DNA from: Chitinophaga pinensis
Lineage (GTDB): Bacteria > Bacteroidota > Bacteroidia > NS11-12g > UBA955
DNA: 64,000 bases
NCBI GenBank assembly: GCA_945865625.1
Contig: CAMBFD010000001.1
Coordinates: forward strand, 34,559-98,558
Reading direction: 5' to 3'
Shown in pieces: positions 10,032 through 21,303 of the stretch (its first letter is position 1; the number at the start of each line of letters is the position of its first letter). The notes under the pieces are model-generated. The model worked only from the letters and a program-made list of their open reading frames with translations, did not search any database and was not told where the DNA came from. A program made the position numbers and the translations under genes.

Positions 10032-11606
10032 ATGTACGAATCGGAAATTGCCAAGAGAAAAACATTTGCTATCATTTCACATCCAGATGCAGGGAAAACG
10101 ACTTTAACAGAGAAGTTTTTATTATTTGGAGGACAAATTCAAACAGCTGGTGCCGTAAAGTCAAATAAAATTACGAAAACTGCGGCTTCAGATTTTATGG
10201 AAATTGAAAAGCAAAGAGGTATTTCGGTGGCAACTTCTGTAATGACATTTCCCTACAAAGAAAAATGGGTGAACATTCTCGATACGCCTGGGCACAAAGA
10301 TTTCGCTGAAGATACCTACAGGACGCTTACAGCGGTAGATAGTGTAATTCTTGTCATTGATTGTGTTAAAGGGGTAGAAGAGCAAACTGAGCGCCTGATG
10401 GAGGTTTGTAGAATGCGCAAAACGCCTGTGATTGTATTTATCAATAAAATGGATCGCGATGGTAAAGATCCTTTCGATTTATTGGATGAATTGGAAGAGA
10501 AATTGAACATTGGTGTGCATCCATTGAGTTGGCCAATTAATGGTGGTCGAGATTTTAAAGGGGTTTATTTGTTGCATAATAAAACTCTGAATTTATTTGA
10601 AAGTAGCAAAACCAAAAAATCCGATGATTTAATTGAGATTGCAGGTGTAAACGATTCGAAATTAGATGAATTGCTCACTGCTAAAGATGTATCTAAACTC
10701 AGAGAAGATGTAGAGCTCATTGAAGGCGTCTATGGCGATTTAGATATGGAATACTACTTGGATGCTCAAATAGCGCCGGTGTTTTTTGGTTCTGCCTTAA
10801 ATAACTTCGGTATTCAAGAGTTGCTAGATACGTTTGTAGACATTGCCCCAAATCCGCTTCCAAGGCCAACGTCCCTCAGAGAAGTTGCGCCAAATGAGAA
10901 TAAATTTTCAGGTTTTATTTTCAAAATTCACGCCAATTTAGACCCGAAACACAGAGATAGAATTGCCTTTTTACGCGTTTGCTCTGGTAAGTTCGAGAGA
11001 AATAAAAATTATAAGCATGTTCGACTTGAAAAGCAATTCAAGTTTGCAAATCCATATTTGTTTTTAGCACAGTCTAAAGAAGTGATGAACGATGCTTACC
11101 CTGGCGATGTGGTTGGTTTATACGATACTGGTAACTTTAAAATTGGAGATACGCTTACCGAAGGAGAAAACTTTACGTATAAAGGAATTCCTAGTTTTTC
11201 ACCAGAGATTTTTAAAGAATTAATCAATCTAGACCCAATGAAAAGTAAGCAACTAGAGAAAGGAATTCAGCAATTAACCGATGAAGGTTTGGCGAGCTTG
11301 TTTGTTCAAGAACCTGGTAGTCGTAAATTCGTTGGTACCGTTGGTGAACTTCAATTTGAGGTTTTACAATACCGTTTGGAGCATGAATACAATGCGAAAT
11401 GTAGGTTCGAACCAAGGGTTATTCATAAAGCTTGTTGGATGACGGGTTCAGAATCGGAATTGAAAGATTTTATGAAATACCGTCAACAAAATATTGCGTT
11501 TGATAAAGATGGACGACCTGTGTTTTTAGCTGAAACTGCATTTATTTTGAGAACTGCTATTGATAAATATCCGGATATTGAATTCCACACAACCAGCGAG
11601 CACTAG
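10032..11606 (+). CDS. prfC: peptide chain release factor 3
   Basis: [44 protein letters not shown]. Confidence 0.97.
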   Translation: MYESEIAKRKTFAIISHPDAGKTTLTEKFLLFGGQIQTAGAVKSNKITKTAASDFMEIEKQRGISVATSVMTFPYKEKWVNILDTPGHKDFAEDTYRTLTAVDSVILVIDCVKGVEEQTERLMEVCRMRKTPVIVFINKMDRDGKDPFDLLDELEEKLNIGVHPLSWPINGGRDFKGVYLLHNKTLNLFESSKTKKSDDLIEIAGVNDSKLDELLTAKDVSKLREDVELIEGVYGDLDMEYYLDAQIAPVFFGSALNNFGIQELLDTFVDIAPNPLPRPTSLREVAPNENKFSGFIFKIHANLDPKHRDRIAFLRVCSGKFERNKNYKHVRLEKQFKFANPYLFLAQSKEVMNDAYPGDVVGLYDTGNFKIGDTLTEGENFTYKGIPSFSPEIFKELINLDPMKSKQLEKGIQQLTDEGLASLFVQEPGSRKFVGTVGELQFEVLQYRLEHEYNAKCRFEPRVIHKACWMTGSESELKDFMKYRQQNIAFDKDGRPVFLAETAFILRTAIDKYPDIEFHTTSEH

Positions 11607-11614
11607 TTCTAGAA

Positions 11615-12562
11615 TTAAATTCGGTACATATATCCAACTCCAAATACCCAGCTATTCTGCCAAGCAGAAGCACCTGGTTTCACTAAATCTTTATCGAAAA
11701 TCGCAATTAACGTATAGTTGAAGTTGAAATGTTTGGTAATTTTAGCCACGATACTTAAATCTATACGACTATCTAATAGGGGTCTCGAAGATTGATAAGG
11801 CAAGAATCCCAAATAGTTAAATTTAGCCAAAATTACTTTGTTTAAATCTAAATATTTTGTTGCCCCCATTTGAACCTGCATTCCAAATTCATTGTCAACG
11901 TATTTCCCTTTTTGTACCCTTGCAATGACATCTTCTTGACGGGTTTCGTAAAGCTGTTGATTAATTAAATAAGTTTGTTTTAAGGTAACATATCCTAAAC
12001 GCACATAATAATCTTGTCCAAATTTATTCTCCGTACCAATCGCCACTTGCGCTTGTCCTTGGCTTAAAAAGCTCGTAGTTAATGTTTTGACTTCTCTCCC
12101 AATGGGGTCTTTACGATAAACAAAACCAGGTAGAATTTGAGTTTGAAAATTCAATCCGCCATAAATAGATAAAGATGGATATTCTGGGAATTCATGACCA
12201 AATTTACTATCTAGGAAAAAGTTGTCAATATTTTTGCGTGTACTCCAAAACCCGGATCCGAAAATATCGCTTTGTTGGTTTGCAATCACGCCTAAATTTA
12301 ATTTTAGAGAATTATCCCAGCTCATTTTATCTTTTTTAAGGTTTGCAAAAGCGTTAATCATTCCGGTAATTGTAACGTTATTCGATGCACCACTTGTCCA
12401 GTTGGGCGATGAGTTTGCCAATGAGAAATTCAATTTAAAATCAGCTCCATAAAACCATGTACGTTTGAAAGTGCTATCCTTTTGGATTGACAAATTCTGA
12501 TTATTTGGCAATGTAGGAGGCACAATGGTTGAGAGTGCAGAAAAAAGTATTGAATGCAGCAT
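11615..12562 (-). CDS. outer-membrane beta-barrel protein, DUF3078-like
   Basis: NW.SG motif, WDN.L.L..G, alternating beta-strand pattern, C-terminal GVGYMYRI. The ORF-track start at 12655 lies inside the sucC terminator, so ATG 12562 is preferred. Confidence 0.65.
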   Translation of the reverse strand: MLHSILFSALSTIVPPTLPNNQNLSIQKDSTFKRTWFYGADFKLNFSLANSSPNWTSGASNNVTITGMINAFANLKKDKMSWDNSLKLNLGVIANQQSDIFGSGFWSTRKNIDNFFLDSKFGHEFPEYPSLSIYGGLNFQTQILPGFVYRKDPIGREVKTLTTSFLSQGQAQVAIGTENKFGQDYYVRLGYVTLKQTYLINQQLYETRQEDVIARVQKGKYVDNEFGMQVQMGATKYLDLNKVILAKFNYLGFLPYQSSRPLLDSRIDLSIVAKITKHFNFNYTLIAIFDKDLVKPGASAWQNSWVFGVGYMYRI

Positions 12563-12637
12563 TCTAAAATGAGTGATACAAAGTTGATATATTAAAATTA
12601 AAAAAATGCAAAGAGGCTTTCCACAAATGTGAATTGC

Positions 12638-12667
12638 AAAAAAAAAACCGCCCATTGGGCGGTTTTT
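12638..12667 (-). terminator. Rho-independent terminator downstream of sucC
   Basis: aaaaaccgccca-t-tgggcggttttt hairpin preceded by an A10 run. Confidence 0.85.
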
Positions 12668-12687
12668 CGTGTTTGTTATAAATTTAT

Positions 12688-13914
12688 TTAAGCGCTTAAG
12701 TTGCCATTAAGTACTTTTTCAACAATTTCAGCAGCTTCTTGAAGCGCAATTGCAGAATATACTTTTAAACCACTCTCGTCGATAATTCTTTTTGCTTCTT
12801 CAGCATTTGTACCTTGTAAACGAACAATGATAGGGATTTGAACATCGCCAATTTTACGGTAAGCTTCCACAACACCATTTGCAACTCTATCGCAACGCAC
12901 AATACCACCAAAGATATTGATTAAAATTGCTTTTACGTTAGGATCGCTCATGATAATTCTAAAGCCAGCTTCAACAGTTTCAGCGTTAGCAGTACCTCCA
13001 ACATCTAGGAAGTTCGCAGGTTCACCACCACTTAATTTGATAATATCCATTGTTGCCATAGCCAAACCAGCTCCGTTCACCATACAGCCAACGTTACCAT
13101 CGAGTTTTACATAGTTAAGGTTGTATTTACCCGCTTCAACTTCAGTAGGATCTTCTTCCGCTAAATCGCGCAATTCTAAGAAGTCCTTATGGCGGTAAAG
13201 TGCGTTGTCATCTAAATTTACTTTAGCATCAACTGCAATAATTTTATCGTCAGAAGTTTTCAAAACAGGATTGATTTCAAACATCGCAGAATCAGTTTCA
13301 TCATAAGCTCTATACAATGCGCTAACGAATGCAACCATTTCTTTGAATGCTTTTCCTTCAAGTCCTAGGTTAAAGGCAATTTTACGCGCTTGGAAAGGCT
13401 GTAAACCAGTACCAGGGTTAACCCACTCTCTGTGGATTTTTTCTGGGTGATTTTCTGCAACCTCTTCAATATCCATTCCGCCTTCAGTGGTGTAAATAAT
13501 TACATTTTGTTTTTTCTGACGGTCCAGAAGTACACTCATGTAGTATTCTTTTGGTTCGTTTGGTCCTGGATAAAATACGTCTTGAGCAACCAATACTTTA
13601 CTTACAACTTTGCCTGCAGCACCAGTTTGGATTGTCACCAAAGTGCCACCTAACATATTTGCCGCAATTTCAGCTGCTTGATCAGCTGATTTCGCCACTT
13701 GTACTCCACGTTGCTCAGAGCCTTGGATTTTGCCTTTACCTCTTCCTCCAGCATGGATTTGTGCTTTTACAACACACCAACCACTGTCGAATTCAGTTTT
13801 TACACGCTCAGCAGCTTCTTTTGCTTGCTCTGGAGATTCTGCAACAAATCCATTTTGTACGGCAACGCCATATTTTTTTAAGATTTCTTTTGCTTGATAT
13901 TCATGAATGTTCAT
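12688..13914 (-). CDS. sucC: succinate--CoA ligase (ADP-forming) beta subunit
   Basis: [56 protein letters not shown]. Confidence 0.97.
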   Translation of the reverse strand: MNIHEYQAKEILKKYGVAVQNGFVAESPEQAKEAAERVKTEFDSGWCVVKAQIHAGGRGKGKIQGSEQRGVQVAKSADQAAEIAANMLGGTLVTIQTGAAGKVVSKVLVAQDVFYPGPNEPKEYYMSVLLDRQKKQNVIIYTTEGGMDIEEVAENHPEKIHREWVNPGTGLQPFQARKIAFNLGLEGKAFKEMVAFVSALYRAYDETDSAMFEINPVLKTSDDKIIAVDAKVNLDDNALYRHKDFLELRDLAEEDPTEVEAGKYNLNYVKLDGNVGCMVNGAGLAMATMDIIKLSGGEPANFLDVGGTANAETVEAGFRIIMSDPNVKAILINIFGGIVRCDRVANGVVEAYRKIGDVQIPIIVRLQGTNAEEAKRIIDESGLKVYSAIALQEAAEIVEKVLNGNLSA

Positions 13915-13997
13915 AAGATCTTTTACGGATGATTTGCTATTTCAGCTGCAAAAATAACTAACTTTGAGCCCATTACATCAAAAATATTTTAAACAAA

Positions 13998-14648
13998 GTG
14001 ATTTCTTGTAAAAATCTTCAAAAAAGTTACAACGAACTAAGTGTTCTTAAAGGAATTGATTTAGAAATCAATGAAAAAGAAATTGTATGCATTACCGGTG
14101 AAAGTGGTGCAGGGAAGAGTACATTGTTGCAAATTTTAGGTACTTTAGACAAACCTACAAGTGGAGAAGTGTTTTTTAAACAATTAAATATTTCAATTCT
14201 CAAGGGCAATGAATTGGCAGATTTTAGGAATAAAAACATCGGATTTGTATTTCAATTTCATCAGCTTGTGCCGGAGTTTTCGGCCATTGAAAATGTAATT
14301 GTACCCATGCTTATTGCCAATAAATCAATGTCAGAATCTAAAAAAGCAGCAACAGAAATTTTAACATATTTGGGTTTAGGTGATCGATTAACCCATAAAC
14401 CTTCTCAATTGTCGGGCGGTGAGCAACAGCGCGTTGCAATTGCAAGGGCTTTAATTATGAATCCAAAAGTGATTTTAGCTGATGAACCAAGTGGGAATTT
14501 AGATTCAAAAAACGCCAAATTTATTCATGAATTGTTTTTTAAAATGCGCGATGATTTCGGATTAACGTTTATCATCGTTACACACAATCCAGAATTAGCC
14601 CAAATGGCCGACCGTCAAATTGTGTTAAAAGATGGTGATTTGGCATAA
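13998..14648 (+). CDS. lolD: ABC transporter ATP-binding protein, LolD family
   Basis: GESGAGKST, GFVFQFH, LSGGEQQRVAIARAL, LADEPSGNLD, VTHN. The symbol is assigned by family resemblance only. Confidence 0.75.
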   Translation: MISCKNLQKSYNELSVLKGIDLEINEKEIVCITGESGAGKSTLLQILGTLDKPTSGEVFFKQLNISILKGNELADFRNKNIGFVFQFHQLVPEFSAIENVIVPMLIANKSMSESKKAATEILTYLGLGDRLTHKPSQLSGGEQQRVAIARALIMNPKVILADEPSGNLDSKNAKFIHELFFKMRDDFGLTFIIVTHNPELAQMADRQIVLKDGDLA

Positions 14649-14679
14649 AAAAAAGACCAGTAAAAACCGGTCTTCTTTT
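14647..14679. terminator. probable bidirectional terminator between convergent genes
   Basis: A-run, aagacc..ggtctt imperfect stem, T-rich tail. Confidence 0.6.
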
Positions 14680-14699
14680 CATTTATATACCAGGAACAA

Positions 14700-15854
14700 T
14701 TAGTCTCTCAATACTTCTCTTGCTTTACCATTCCAACCTACAGAGATTCCATAACGCAATCCTGTTGTGCTCGGAATGAAAAATAAGTTAACCGGTAAAT
14801 TCAATTTTCCTGAACGGAAAGTTTTACCTAAAGCAAATAAAAATCCTGTTGAAATTTGAGTGCTTCCTCTCGAATCAGGTAATTCAATAACAGTTTTATT
14901 GTTTGCTTTTGCTTCATCTACCAAGCTCTTACCCGTGGTAGGTTCAATGATGAAATTTCCTTTCCCATCGTCGTATCCCGTAGCGTATTTGCTTAAACTA
15001 AAGTTTGGACCAAAAGCAAATTCCCAACCATTCATGTTATTGCGAATACCATTTAAAAAGTTAATACTTGGAATAAATCTTCCTTGATCTAATCCGGTAA
15101 TCATCGGTACAAACTCAAATAATGCCTGAAAATTGCCTTCGTTCAAATATTGCTTTTCAAACTGATACCCAAATTGGAACATCGTTGCAACATTTCCATA
15201 ACCACCAGCATATCCGCCTTTAACTTCAGGATTTGTTAATACATTTGCCCCGTAACCAGTTAAAAACACCAGCCCCATTCTCGGACCGTCATTTTGCAAA
15301 CGCAATTCATAAGGATTGTTAATGGAATTGTCTAATTCTGATTTTTTGGTCAATTTATTCACAACGTCTTGGTCGTTTGGCAATCCAAACATTTCATTCA
15401 AAACAATGCGCAGCATAGGAAATTCGTTCCCCTGAATTAATAAAAATTCGCGGGTGCTCATTTTTTCAAAAACACCCTTTTCAACGTCTAAGACTCTAAA
15501 AGTTACAGCTAAACTTGTACCAAGTTCAGCAATCGATCCAGTGATCAGTTTTTTAACTTTTAATTTTTTACCAACTTCCTGTAAACATGCTTTTGCAAAG
15601 CAACCCGATAATTTAATTGTATCTTTTTTCGCAAGATATTCTAAGTCGTATTTGTCCATTACTTCATACTGACCAACTCTAATAAGTTCATTTGATATGA
15701 ATTGAATCACTTGTTGCTGATTCATTGCGTGCGCTCTTGAATCAAAATCGATGACTGCAATACTTGGTTTCACGCTTTCTTGAGCGTTTGACACAGTAGC
15801 TCCCATAAACATAAACGAGAATAGGAAAATTGAATTTAGGAATATTTTTTTCAT
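14700..15854 (-). CDS. secreted/outer-membrane protein: CsgG-like N-terminal domain plus C-terminal beta-barrel-like region
   Basis: Signal peptide MKKIF..SNA; IAVIDFD..EVMD..C....C..EVGKKLKV..LITGSI..FRVLDVE pattern; aromatic/Gly-rich strands ending YGISVGWN. Confidence 0.55.
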   Translation of the reverse strand: MKKIFLNSIFLFSFMFMGATVSNAQESVKPSIAVIDFDSRAHAMNQQQVIQFISNELIRVGQYEVMDKYDLEYLAKKDTIKLSGCFAKACLQEVGKKLKVKKLITGSIAELGTSLAVTFRVLDVEKGVFEKMSTREFLLIQGNEFPMLRIVLNEMFGLPNDQDVVNKLTKKSELDNSINNPYELRLQNDGPRMGLVFLTGYGANVLTNPEVKGGYAGGYGNVATMFQFGYQFEKQYLNEGNFQALFEFVPMITGLDQGRFIPSINFLNGIRNNMNGWEFAFGPNFSLSKYATGYDDGKGNFIIEPTTGKSLVDEAKANNKTVIELPDSRGSTQISTGFLFALGKTFRSGKLNLPVNLFFIPSTTGLRYGISVGWNGKAREVLRD

Positions 15855-16077
15855 AATTGATTTAACATATTTGTGATGCAAATTTGAACTTTAATTTCTC
15901 TAAATACAAATATTAATTTATTTGTAATAGTCGAAAAAATACATTTGTATTGTGTAAGTTATAGTTTTTAGACTGTTTTATATGGTAGTCTCGTAAATTT
16001 TAGGAGTTGATACGAATATTTTACGGAATAGCCTTAAAACGAATTGTAATGATTACGGAAAAACCCAAAAAATAAAT

Positions 16078-17070
16078 ATGACAGAGAGAAAATTTCAATT
16101 GGCATTTGTTGAATTGTTGAAAAATTCAATTCCATCCCATCTAAATTTAGCGGAAGAGTTAAGTAGTCGAATGTCAATGAGTTTAGATAGTGTATACAGA
16201 AGATTGAGATGCGAAACCGATTTCTCATTAGAAGAAACAATGAGTATTTCAGCTCAATTCAATATTTCTATCACACATTTGCTTACAAACGAATCTAATT
16301 TAGTTTCATTCAGAGCAAATTCACTCAATACGGAAGCCAATATGTTTGCCGAATATCTGAGAGTTCTTCATGAAGATCTATCATGGATTAGTCATTCGCC
16401 TGAAGCAAGTGTTACCTATGCAGCTGAAGATTTACCCGTATTCTATCATTTCTTTTTTCCTGAATTGGCCCGTTTTAAAATGGTTTATTGGAATAAATCA
16501 ATCCTCAATGTAAATCAATTTCAAGGATTGAGCGTTGAAGATGTGATATTGCCCGCAACATGGATATCTGAAATAGCAAAAGTGAGAGAATCTTTTTTGA
16601 ATATACCATCAATCGAAATTTGGCATGAAGACACCCTAAAAAGCACCATCAAGCAAATTCAATTTTACTGGGCCGCTGGCTATTTTAAAGAACGTCAGAC
16701 TATTTTGAATATTCTTCAGGAACTTGAAGGATTGATTGAAATGGTTAAAAAACAAGCTGAAAATGGATTGAAATACAACCCAATTACAAAAGAATTTTCA
16801 AAAATGAGCTATACTTTATACTCTTGCGATTTGATGATTGGAAATAATTGCGTTTTTTTGAAGTCTGTTAATAAAACTGCGACCTATCTCGGATATAATT
16901 CTTTTAATTTTATCCAAACAAAAAATGACGCATTTAACATTCAAGTGGATGGTTGGCTGAATAACCTGATGTCTAAAAGCGACATGGTGAGTCAAATATC
17001 TGAACGTGTTAGAAATCAATTTTTTAGGTCTATGCAGTCTAACATCGACAGATTGAAAACCCAAATTTAA
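16078..17070 (+). CDS. HTH transcriptional regulator (N-terminal HTH plus putative ligand-binding domain)
   Basis: LAEELS..MSMSLDSVYRRLRCETDFSLEE HTH; AAEDLPVF motif of a Bacteroidota regulator family. Confidence 0.7.
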   Translation: MTERKFQLAFVELLKNSIPSHLNLAEELSSRMSMSLDSVYRRLRCETDFSLEETMSISAQFNISITHLLTNESNLVSFRANSLNTEANMFAEYLRVLHEDLSWISHSPEASVTYAAEDLPVFYHFFFPELARFKMVYWNKSILNVNQFQGLSVEDVILPATWISEIAKVRESFLNIPSIEIWHEDTLKSTIKQIQFYWAAGYFKERQTILNILQELEGLIEMVKKQAENGLKYNPITKEFSKMSYTLYSCDLMIGNNCVFLKSVNKTATYLGYNSFNFIQTKNDAFNIQVDGWLNNLMSKSDMVSQISERVRNQFFRSMQSNIDRLKTQI

Positions 17071-17072
17071 CC

Positions 17073-18959
17073 ATGAACTTAACGCCTGAAGAAACGCTTT
17101 TAAAATATTGGAATTACAAGGCGTTCAGGCCAGGGCAGCTTGAAATTGTTCAGTCAATTTTAAATCAAAATGATGTGCTCGCACTTCTGCCTACCGGCGG
17201 TGGTAAGAGTATTTGCTTTCAAGTTCCGGCTTTAATTCTTGGTGGATTGACCCTTGTTGTATCGCCTTTGATTGCTTTGATGAAAGACCAAGTTGATGGA
17301 CTTAAAAGCAAAGGAATTACGGCAACATACATCCATAGTGGATTGGCATGGACAGAAATCAAACAAATCTTAGAGAATGCCCTTCAAGGTCATTATCAAA
17401 TGTTGTATGTTTCTCCTGAGCGACTTACCTCGTCTAATTTTGAGGGATATTTGCTGAATTTGCCCATTAAATTGCTCGTTGTTGATGAAGCTCACTGTGT
17501 TTCTATGTGGGGAAAAGATTTTCGTCCCTCATTTTTAAGAATTGCTTCGGTACGCCAATTGTTGCCCAAAGTTCCAGTTTGTGCATTTACCGCGAGTGCA
17601 CCCGAATGGATTCAGGAGGAAATTATTTCAGGTCTCGAACTTAATCAAGTTAAAATACATCAAGGTTCATTTGAACGAAATAATCTCGTTTTTTATGCCA
17701 TTGATACCGAAAATAAAAGCGGAATATTACTCAATTCCCTCAAAAAAACAGAAGGTTGCAGCATCGTTTTTTCAAATACGCGAAAAGAAGTTCAGGAAAT
17801 AGCTAGATTTTTAGATAAAAACAATGTTTCAGCACATTTTTATCACGGGGGTTTGGATTCTGATACAAGATCTCGCAGGCAACAAGATTGGATTCAAAAT
17901 AAAGTTCGCGTAATGGTTTGTACCAATGCATTTGGAATGGGCGTTGATAAACCAGATGTTCGTTATGTGTATCATTTAATGCCATCTGCAACGCCTGAAG
18001 ATTATTACCAAGAGGCGGGTAGGGCTGGAAGAGATGGACAAACGAGTTATTGTATTTTACTCCATCAAAAAAGTGATTGGAAACAACTTTTTAAACATGT
18101 TGAAAATCAACATCCCGATGAAAAATCATGCCTACGCGGTTACCATGCAATAATGAATCAGCTGGGTATCGCACCTGGTTATGGAGAGCAAATGTCTTTC
18201 CCTGTTGATTTTCAGGCAATTAGTGACTATTATAAACTCCCTATGTTTGAACTTTATTTTGCTGCAAAATCTTTGGAATCTATGGGACAATGGCTTTTAA
18301 ATGAAGGTATTAAAAGTCCTTCAAGGGTAAAATTTATCACTGATTTTCAAACAGTTTATGATTTTAAACTGCGATATGAAATTTATGAGCCCATTATTGA
18401 TGTTTTATTAAGGTCTTTCGGAGGGATATTCGACGCACATGCCGTTATTCATGAAATACAATTGGCGAAAAGGGTACGTGCCACCGAAAACCAAGTGATT
18501 CAATGGTTAATGCATCTTCAAAAATCTCGGCTGATTGATTATGTTCAAAGGACCGATGCCCCATTAATCACACTCATTGAACCGCGAAGTATGTATCCCT
18601 CATTAAATATGAATATCATTCAAGAGTTGAAAGCTAGGAGATTACAGTCGGTGCAAAAGATGGAACTTTACTCAGGGAGCATAGAATGTAGATCTGCGTT
18701 TTGGATCAAACATTTTACGAATCAGCAAAGTATTCCCTGTGGTAAATGTGATAATTGTAAAAAATTTAACATAAAGCCTACCGAAATAGAAATTGAAGTA
18801 GATATATTTCAACGATTAAAATCACCCATTTTATTCGATTCATTTGTGCTGAACATTCCCTTTGAATTTCAGAAAGAATATCTTCATGTTTTGAATAATT
18901 TATTAGATCACGAAAAAGTTCAAAAAACGGAAAATAATGAATTAATTTTGAGCACTTGA
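17073..18959 (+). CDS. recQ: RecQ family ATP-dependent DNA helicase
   Basis: LPTGGGKS, SPLIALMKDQ, DEAHC, FTASA, AFGMGVDK, YYQEAGRAGRDG, CGKCDNC. Confidence 0.92.
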   Translation: MNLTPEETLLKYWNYKAFRPGQLEIVQSILNQNDVLALLPTGGGKSICFQVPALILGGLTLVVSPLIALMKDQVDGLKSKGITATYIHSGLAWTEIKQILENALQGHYQMLYVSPERLTSSNFEGYLLNLPIKLLVVDEAHCVSMWGKDFRPSFLRIASVRQLLPKVPVCAFTASAPEWIQEEIISGLELNQVKIHQGSFERNNLVFYAIDTENKSGILLNSLKKTEGCSIVFSNTRKEVQEIARFLDKNNVSAHFYHGGLDSDTRSRRQQDWIQNKVRVMVCTNAFGMGVDKPDVRYVYHLMPSATPEDYYQEAGRAGRDGQTSYCILLHQKSDWKQLFKHVENQHPDEKSCLRGYHAIMNQLGIAPGYGEQMSFPVDFQAISDYYKLPMFELYFAAKSLESMGQWLLNEGIKSPSRVKFITDFQTVYDFKLRYEIYEPIIDVLLRSFGGIFDAHAVIHEIQLAKRVRATENQVIQWLMHLQKSRLIDYVQRTDAPLITLIEPRSMYPSLNMNIIQELKARRLQSVQKMELYSGSIECRSAFWIKHFTNQQSIPCGKCDNCKKFNIKPTEIEIEVDIFQRLKSPILFDSFVLNIPFEFQKEYLHVLNNLLDHEKVQKTENNELILST

Positions 18960-20062
18960 AAATCATTTTTACTGTTACCAACGATTTAAATTACGATCAA
19001 CGAATGATCAGAATTTGCACAACCTTGTCGGAGAACGGGTATAATGTGTTGTTGGTTGGTCGTAAAATGAAATCATCTCAAGATTTAAAAATTAAGCCAT
19101 TCAAGCAACATCGAATCCCCTGCATTTTCAAATCAGGTAAATTATTTTACATCGAATACAATTTGAAATTGCTGTTTTACCTATTATTTAAAACCGCTGA
19201 TATTTATTGTGGAATTGATTTAGATACGTGTATTCCAACACTTTTGGCTGCAAGAATAAAAGGCAAACAACATTATTACGATGCCCATGAATTGTTTCCA
19301 TATGTTCCAGAAGTCATCAATCGAAAATTAGTTCAAAAGTTTTGGCTGAGGGTTGAGAAAATTGTCTTTCAATATTCCAATAAAGTGTATACTGTGAGCA
19401 GTGCAATTGCAAATTGGTTTGAAGAAAAATATCAAAAGCCTGTTTTTTTGGTGAGAAATATGCCAAACTTATTTGCCGATGCAATTGAAATCAATTCACC
19501 CAAATTAGATCAACTCCCCGAAGGTAAATTTATTCTCTACCAAGGAGCGCTGAATGAGTGTCGTGGCATTGAACTTTTATTAGATGCATTGGTCAATACA
19601 AATTATCAATTGGTGCTTGTGGGGGAAGGCGATTTAAGTTCGCTTCTGAGAGAAAAAGTATGCAGCTTAGGGTTGAACAATCAAGTTCATTTTTTAGGAT
19701 TTGTAATTCCTGCTGAATTACCTTCAATCACAAAACGTGCTTTTATTGGTTATAATGTGAGTCAAAATATGGGCCTAAGTTATTATTATTCATTGAATAA
19801 TAAGTTTTTCGACTATGTGGGATGTGAGTTGCCTTCTGTGATAAATGATTTCCCTGAATATTCGAAATTACTGTCGGAATATCAAGTGGGGTTGATTTCA
19901 GATTATACGATTGAATCTGTAAGAGCACAATTGGATACACTATATCAAGACGAAAATATTTATTTGAAAATAAAAACTCAATGTAAATTGGCTAAAATAA
20001 AATGGAATTGGCAGGAAGAATCAAAACAACTTTTAAAACTTTACCCTCACCATGAAAGATAA
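18956..20062 (+). CDS. glycosyltransferase, GT4 family
   Basis: DQRM.R, YDAHE, LYQGALNECRG, NKFFDY. The TTG start overlaps the recQ stop. Confidence 0.85.
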   Translation: MKIIFTVTNDLNYDQRMIRICTTLSENGYNVLLVGRKMKSSQDLKIKPFKQHRIPCIFKSGKLFYIEYNLKLLFYLLFKTADIYCGIDLDTCIPTLLAARIKGKQHYYDAHELFPYVPEVINRKLVQKFWLRVEKIVFQYSNKVYTVSSAIANWFEEKYQKPVFLVRNMPNLFADAIEINSPKLDQLPEGKFILYQGALNECRGIELLLDALVNTNYQLVLVGEGDLSSLLREKVCSLGLNNQVHFLGFVIPAELPSITKRAFIGYNVSQNMGLSYYYSLNNKFFDYVGCELPSVINDFPEYSKLLSEYQVGLISDYTIESVRAQLDTLYQDENIYLKIKTQCKLAKIKWNWQEESKQLLKLYPHHER

Positions 20063-21191
20063 AAATGTAAATCATTTACATGTGATTGCTTTCGATATGC
20101 CCTTTCCTCCAAATTATGGTGGTTCTACCGACATGTATTTTAAATTGGTTGAACTGCAAAAATTCGGGATTAATGTTACCCTTCATGTATTTTTGTATGA
20201 TGGGAAAACTGCAGCTCCTGAATTGAATGAGGTTACATATAAAACAATTTATTATAGCCGAAAGCGAAACAAAAATCCTTTAATTGGAAAGCTACCTTAC
20301 ATTGTAAAAACCCGAAAAAATAAGGAATTGTTTCAAAATTTATTAACTGATAATGCGCCTATTTTATTTGAGGGACTTCATACAACATATTACATGAATC
20401 ACCCGAAGTTGCAACATCGCATTCGAGTGGTTAGAGCACACAATGTAGAGCATCATTATTATGCGGCTTTAAATGAAGCGGAGGATCACTGGCTGAAAAA
20501 GATTTTTTTCAAAATTGAGGCTAAGAAACTTAAAGAATATGAACATGTGTTGCAGCATGCGGATGGAATTGCTGGAATTTCTCCCTCTGAAACTAAATAT
20601 TTCAATGCAACGTATGGGAAGACCCAATACATTCCGGCATTTCATTCAAATAATGATGTCGTTTGTAGAATTGGTTCCGGTGATTTTGTTTTGTACCATG
20701 GAAACTTATCTGTTCCTGAGAACAATCGTGCAGCGCTATTTTTAGCAGAAGAAGTTTTTCCTAAATTAAATTTTCCGTGTATTATTTCTGGAAGCAATCC
20801 ATCGGCAAAGCTCATTAAAGCAGTTTCTAAATACAATCATATTTCATTGAAAGCCAATATTTCAACTTCTGAAATATTGGAGCTTATTGAATCGGCTCAT
20901 GTGAATGCTATGATTACATTTCAATCAACGGGTATTAAATTAAAGTTGTTAAATTCGCTATACCGGGGAAGATTTGTGGTTGCAAATTATGCAATGGTAG
21001 ACCAAACTCAATTAGAAGAACTTTGCGCAATTAGCGATTCTGCGGAAGGCATTGTTTCTGAAATAAACCAGTGTTTTAAAAGAGATTTTTCAATTGAACA
21101 TCAAGCAGATAGAAAGCGTGTGTTGATTGATTTATTCGACAATTCTTCCAATGCCTTAAAGTTGGCAAAAATGCTAAAATTGATGCCGTAA
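20052..21191 (+). CDS. glycosyltransferase, GT4-like
   Basis: PFPPNYGG, FEGLH, HNVEH, TGIKLKLL; GT-B fold motifs. Confidence 0.8.
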   Translation: MKDKNVNHLHVIAFDMPFPPNYGGSTDMYFKLVELQKFGINVTLHVFLYDGKTAAPELNEVTYKTIYYSRKRNKNPLIGKLPYIVKTRKNKELFQNLLTDNAPILFEGLHTTYYMNHPKLQHRIRVVRAHNVEHHYYAALNEAEDHWLKKIFFKIEAKKLKEYEHVLQHADGIAGISPSETKYFNATYGKTQYIPAFHSNNDVVCRIGSGDFVLYHGNLSVPENNRAALFLAEEVFPKLNFPCIISGSNPSAKLIKAVSKYNHISLKANISTSEILELIESAHVNAMITFQSTGIKLKLLNSLYRGRFVVANYAMVDQTQLEELCAISDSAEGIVSEINQCFKRDFSIEHQADRKRVLIDLFDNSSNALKLAKMLKLMP

Positions 21192-21303
21192 TTTTTGTTT
21201 TTAAGACTCGTAAATTTCGAATCTGTACATTTATTCATTCACTCACGTGAAGTGTTAAGAAGTGCTTCGCTCGAGTCATGCAGAGGTTCGTACATTTGAA
21301 AGT

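Noticed and set aside
12563..12655. N-terminal extension of the DUF3078-like ORF (likewise at 9970, 21262, 31810, 40801, 59348)
   Set aside because: The extensions run through terminators, promoters or neighbouring genes; downstream ATGs fit signal peptides and -7 elements better.
12688..13914. sucC without sucD, and menD or ruvB apart from their partners, as anomalies
   Set aside because: Scattered pathway genes are normal in Bacteroidota.
17073..21191. recQ plus glycosyltransferases as a defence or DNA-modification system
   Set aside because: The GTs look like ordinary GT4 envelope enzymes and RecQ is a standard family member; only adjacency links them.
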